Below are positions 47,819 through 51,421 of a stretch of DNA of 51,421 nucleotides, one piece after another. The notes under the pieces were generated by a model. It made no database searches, was not told the origin of the DNA, and was given only the letters and a program-made list of their open reading frames with translations. The DNA comes from Mariprofundus sp. GTDB taxonomy: Bacteria; Pseudomonadota; Zetaproteobacteria; Mariprofundales; Mariprofundaceae. Position numbers and translations under genes: made by a program. Numbering within the stretch: the stretch's first letter is position 1; each line of letters opens with the position of its first letter. The DNA lies in NCBI GenBank assembly GCA_027013105.1, contig JALUYG010000235.1, positions 1 to 51,421 of the forward strand. The letters run 5' to 3'.

Positions 47819-48289
47819 TTACGAACCTGATGACTTGCCGGCATATTCCACGCCGACAAAATGTTTCGCCCCATCATCGGTTTTGAACAGCACCATCACC
47901 TGATGCTTGCCCGGATGGCCCAGATCATAAGATGCCATATACCAGTCGCCCATACGCATCAGCATCTTCGATTCGGACTCTCCATTGGGATGAACCACCT
48001 TGGAATTGGCCATCAGATCAGTCAAAACCTGTCCATCATGTTCCACCTTGATCATCACACTATGACTGCCGCCCTTCACCATGCCTGCCGCTGCTTTCAT
48101 GATATGGAAGCTGACCGTATAACCGTCAACCTCCTTACTGGTGAGAAAACCACCTTTCATCTGACCCATGCCGCTATTCATTGCCATCCCGTGCATATCG
48201 CCATCCATATGGTGGTGCGCATCGCCATGCGCCAGCGCCAATTGAGCGCCGCTCATTAACATTACAATCATCAGTCCTGCTGCTGTCAT
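47819..48289 (-). CDS. Periplasmic His/Met-rich putative copper-binding protein
   Basis: Signal peptide ending ALA, then HGDAHHHMDGDMHGMAM; RBS AAGGAG. Confidence 0.78.
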   Translation of the reverse strand: MTAAGLMIVMLMSGAQLALAHGDAHHHMDGDMHGMAMNSGMGQMKGGFLTSKEVDGYTVSFHIMKAAAGMVKGGSHSVMIKVEHDGQVLTDLMANSKVVHPNGESESKMLMRMGDWYMASYDLGHPGKHQVMVLFKTDDGAKHFVGVEYAGKSSGS

Positions 48290-48338
48290 TTTCTTCTCCT
48301 TTTTATAGCCTTTGTTGTCGGAATACATACCTGAATAT

Positions 48339-48896
48339 TTAATCATCATCGCCATCATCCTGGCCGGCCTTTTTGTCCATCTCTTCGTATTGCGCTTTTG
48401 TCATATCTGGCAACTTTTGTAGAAAAGCAACCATCTCCCATATCTTTTTATCGTTATGGGATGGCCCCCATGCCGGCATAGCTGTCATTCTCACGCCATT
48501 TTTAATAATCCAGAACAACTCGGCCGGTGACCATCTGTTTGCCGTATCTTGTAATTTTGGCGGTTTTGGCATCAAGCCTTGACGAATTTCCGACGATGAA
48601 ACGCCAGGTGCCAAATGACAACTCGTACACATTTCCCTGTAATGTCGAAATCCATTCAGTATCTGATCTTGCTGATTCAGAGGTGGCGCCGAAATATTAC
48701 TGGCATGGTATTTTACAGATTGCTTCATTGCAGTATGCAGACCCCACTGGGTCAGGGAACTATGTGGGTATGTGGCTGCCACATTGATCACGCCGGAAAA
48801 CATCACGCCAAAACCAATGATCACTCCGCCCGCGATCAGCCCTGCAATAATTTTAATATGTTTCGCCGTTGATCTTACTTTCTCAGTCTCTACCAT
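48339..48896 (-). CDS. Membrane-anchored monoheme cytochrome c
   Basis: N-terminal TM, CTSCH, distal Met in GVRMTAMPAWG. Confidence 0.9.
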   Translation of the reverse strand: MVETEKVRSTAKHIKIIAGLIAGGVIIGFGVMFSGVINVAATYPHSSLTQWGLHTAMKQSVKYHASNISAPPLNQQDQILNGFRHYREMCTSCHLAPGVSSSEIRQGLMPKPPKLQDTANRWSPAELFWIIKNGVRMTAMPAWGPSHNDKKIWEMVAFLQKLPDMTKAQYEEMDKKAGQDDGDDD

Positions 48897-48897
48897 G

Positions 48898-49449
48898 TTA
48901 TTTTCCTTTCTTTGTAGTTACCGGCGCATGCCCGGTTTTATAAATGTAATTCAACACGCCGATGACGCCCGGAGAGGCCCATGGAAATGCGCCGACAATT
49001 TTTTCCACATAGATGCCGCGCCGGTTGATGACAAAGGTTTCCGGATATTTGAATACGCCCAGCACCGGCGCCGCCACCTGCTTGCCGCCCTTGTCCCAAT
49101 AAATCGGAAATGGAATATGATGTGCCTTGATAAAGGCGCGCACATCATCGGGATTGTTGTCCACCGACAGGCCGATCACAGCGAACTTATTGGATGGCAG
49201 CAGTCGAGAGAGACGAATCAGATCCGGCATCTCTTTGCGACACGGCGGGCACCATGTGGCCCAGACATTGAGCACGATCACCTTGCCGGCAAACTGCGCA
49301 TGGCTGTTGACCTGTTTGCCATCCAGCGTTGTCATCTGAAATCTCGGCATCGGTTGACCCTTAACCGGCTGAGTGCTGACGCGCTGCTCATCTGCAGAAC
49401 AGGCAGCCAGGAAAGCGCCCAGCATGATGATTCCGAACCATTTTCTCAT
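48898..49449 (-). CDS. TlpA/ResA-family thiol-disulfide oxidoreductase lipoprotein
   Basis: LAAC lipobox, WATWCPPCRKEMP, YPETF. Confidence 0.92.
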   Translation of the reverse strand: MRKWFGIIMLGAFLAACSADEQRVSTQPVKGQPMPRFQMTTLDGKQVNSHAQFAGKVIVLNVWATWCPPCRKEMPDLIRLSRLLPSNKFAVIGLSVDNNPDDVRAFIKAHHIPFPIYWDKGGKQVAAPVLGVFKYPETFVINRRGIYVEKIVGAFPWASPGVIGVLNYIYKTGHAPVTTKKGK

Positions 49450-49463
49450 TGAATCACGCTCCT

Positions 49464-49976
49464 CTAGTATTGATGATAGATGGTGCTGTTGCCGGCTCTG
49501 TCGAAGGCCAGCACGGCATATCCTTGTGGCGGCAGACCGGCGGCCTGCATGCCAGGTGACTTCATCGGCATACCGGGCGCAGTCAGACCGACAATATCCG
49601 GGCGCTCTTTAAGCAGACGCTCCACATCAGCAACTGGCACATGCCCCTCAATCACATAACCATCGACAATGGCCGTATGACACGATGCCAGTTTTTCGGT
49701 TACGCCGAATTTCGTTTTGATGCCATTCATATCTTCGAATTTCTTCACATCGACGCTAAAGCCTGCTTTTCTCAAATGCGCCGCCCAGCCGGTACAGCAT
49801 TCGCATGTGGGCGGCTTGTACATTACCACTTTCGGCTTGGCTGAAGCCGTTGCACTTTCGGCCGCCAGCGTCGCACTTGTTCCGGTGGTTGTATTGGCAC
49901 TATCACCTGCATTGCTGCAGCCCACAGCCAACAGTCCTGCTACCAACACGGCTGCTATATTTTTGTATATATTCAT
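49464..49976 (-). CDS. DUF411 / CopG-like copper protein (lipoprotein)
   Basis: AVGC lipobox, CECC..W, SCHT, EGHVP, PGMP..SPGM. Start trimmed to 49976 (AAGGAG). Confidence 0.88.
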   Translation of the reverse strand: MNIYKNIAAVLVAGLLAVGCSNAGDSANTTTGTSATLAAESATASAKPKVVMYKPPTCECCTGWAAHLRKAGFSVDVKKFEDMNGIKTKFGVTEKLASCHTAIVDGYVIEGHVPVADVERLLKERPDIVGLTAPGMPMKSPGMQAAGLPPQGYAVLAFDRAGNSTIYHQY

Positions 49977-50015
49977 ATCTTCTCCTTTTGTTTGACCTTT
50001 ACATTTACACCCTTG

Positions 50016-50097
50016 CACCACAGAGAGCACAGAGTGAAACATGTTTTTATCTGCGTTCATCCGCGTTCATCCGCGTTCATCCGCGTTTATCTGCGGT
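50016..50097. repeat. Composite REP-like element with 10-bp tandem repeat
   Basis: CACCACAGAGAGCACAGAG followed by about 4.5 copies of ATCYGCGTTY (50049-50097). Confidence 0.75.
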
Positions 50098-50120
50098 TTC
50101 TGCCTTTGATTTTTAAAGGC

Positions 50121-50146
50121 GGGTAACCACAGGGGGTTACCCCTAC
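50121..50146 (-). repeat. GTAG-type REP palindrome
   Basis: Minus strand GTAG-GGGTAACC-CCCTGT-GGTTACCC just after the cusA stop. Confidence 0.65.
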
Positions 50147-50151
50147 ATCCT

Positions 50152-51421
50152 TTATGTCCTGCTTTCCTCTGCGGAGAACGATTTTGACGTTCGTTTTTCC
50201 TGAAATTGCAAAATCATGCCGTAGATCACCGGCAGAACGATCAGCGACAGCAGCGTAGCTGTGACCATGCCGCCAATCATCGGCGCGGCGATTCGCTGCA
50301 TCACATCCGAGCCCGTGCCCGAACCCAGAATAATGGGCACCAGTCCCGCAATCACCGCTGTCGCAGTCATGGCGATCGGCCGCACGCGCTTGGCTACGCC
50401 GCTCTGTACGGCGGCGTGCAAACCATCCGGCGTCAGCACGCCGCCGGCTTCCTGTCGTTTTTGCGCGACTTCCTGATCGATAAAGGTCAGCACCAGCACG
50501 CCGATTTCCGCCGACACCCCGGCCAGCGCGATAAAGCCGACCGCTACCGCCACGCTCAGATTGAATCCCAGCCACCAGACCAGCCAGAAGCCGCCGATCA
50601 GCGAAAATGGCACGCTCATCATCACCACCACCGGTGCGGTTAAACTGCCGAAATTGAAATAGAGCAGCAGAAAGATCAGCAGCAGCGTGGCCGGAATGAC
50701 AATACGCATTTTGGCCGCCGCCCGCTCCATATACTCAAACTGCCCCGACCACTCAAGCGTATAACCGGCCGGGATCTTCACCTTGTCGGCTATCACCTGT
50801 TTGGCTTTGGCCACATAACCGCCGATATCGCTGCTGCTGATATCGACATAGACCCAGGCATTGAGCTTGGCATTCTCGCTCTTGATGGATGGCGGGCCGC
50901 GATGCACGCCGATATCGGCCACCGCTGCGAGCGGAATCTGGGCGCCTGTCGGGGTCGGAATCAGCACCCGCTTCAATGCATCCGGATCGCTGCGGTAGTC
51001 TCTGGGGTAGCGCAAGTTGACCGGATAGCGCTCCAGTCCCTCTACGGTCTGCGTCACATTCATGCCGCCGATGGCCGATTGAATCACATCCTCAATATCG
51101 CCAATGGTCAGTCCGTACCGCGCCGCCTGATCTCGCTGGATATCGATATCCAGATAGTAACCGCCGGCAGCTCGGTCGCTGAACGCCGATGTCGTTTCCG
51201 GCAGCATCTTGACCGCCCGTTCGATATCTTTACCCACTTTCTGCAACACATTCAAATCGGGGCCGGACACCTTGATGCCGATCGGCGTTTTGATACCGGT
51301 CGAAAGCATGTCGATGCGGGTCTTGATCGGATAGGTCCAGGCATTGGCGAGTCCGGGGAACTTGATCGCCCCGTCCATCTCCTTCATCAGCTCCTGCGTG
51401 GTTTTATCCGGATTCGGCCAT
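50152..51421 (-). CDS. cusA: CusA/SilA heavy-metal RND pump, C-terminal part (5' end beyond the window)
   Basis: PIKTRIDMLSTG, ERYPVNLRY, SGQFEYM, VGFIALAGV, RVRPIAMT, MQRIAAPMIGG. Confidence 0.95.
   Translation of the reverse strand, partial: WPNPDKTTQELMKEMDGAIKFPGLANAWTYPIKTRIDMLSTGIKTPIGIKVSGPDLNVLQKVGKDIERAVKMLPETTSAFSDRAAGGYYLDIDIQRDQAARYGLTIGDIEDVIQSAIGGMNVTQTVEGLERYPVNLRYPRDYRSDPDALKRVLIPTPTGAQIPLAAVADIGVHRGPPSIKSENAKLNAWVYVDISSSDIGGYVAKAKQVIADKVKIPAGYTLEWSGQFEYMERAAAKMRIVIPATLLLIFLLLYFNFGSLTAPVVVMMSVPFSLIGGFWLVWWLGFNLSVAVAVGFIALAGVSAEIGVLVLTFIDQEVAQKRQEAGGVLTPDGLHAAVQSGVAKRVRPIAMTATAVIAGLVPIILGSGTGSDVMQRIAAPMIGGMVTATLLSLIVLPVIYGMILQFQEKRTSKSFSAEESRT

Noticed and set aside
49977-50060. 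N-terminal extension of the DUF411 ORF
   Set aside because: Derived from repeat sequence; a strong RBS and lipoprotein signal start at 49976.
50049-50097. CRISPR array
   Set aside because: 10-bp head-to-tail units without spacers, and no cas genes in the window.

Overview
A 51.4 kb window of a moderately GC-rich proteobacterial chromosome. The gene content (a Cyc2-like cytochrome-porin plus a copper cluster) would fit an iron oxidiser such as Mariprofundus/Zetaproteobacteria, but that assignment is inference only. Left to right: (1) a Gld-type ABC system with a MoxR ATPase and a YajR-like MFS; (2) small envelope genes; (3) a 9.4 kb minus-strand cluster of 'thermostable hemolysin'-family protein, AMP ligase, heme-oxygenase-like diiron enzyme, SDR, TPR, LolA-like, MMPL and DUF1302 barrel, which looks like an orphan biosynthesis/export pathway; (4) sspA, pilT-pilU-pilT-like, tRNA-Arg(CCG), thiD/thiE, gph, queG and a DAG-kinase-family gene; (5) about 23 kb of co-oriented minus-strand genes. 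Block 5 holds a cusA/copG/copA copper cluster, then a tightly coupled operon (TetR-PqqD/RRE fusion, ATP-grasp, PLP decarboxylase, urea-transporter/M23 fusion, beta-barrel, TPR), then a sensor kinase and sigma-54 activator directly upstream of a Met-rich Cyc2-like gene. The best candidate novel system is the RRE operon: no free precursor peptide is visible, but the decarboxylase begins with a RiPP-leader-like WxxPxL motif. Also noted are three C-rich-loop hairpins (possible sRNA family), two small ORFs absent from the ORF track, and REP-like repeats. All calls come from reading motifs by eye; no searches were run.
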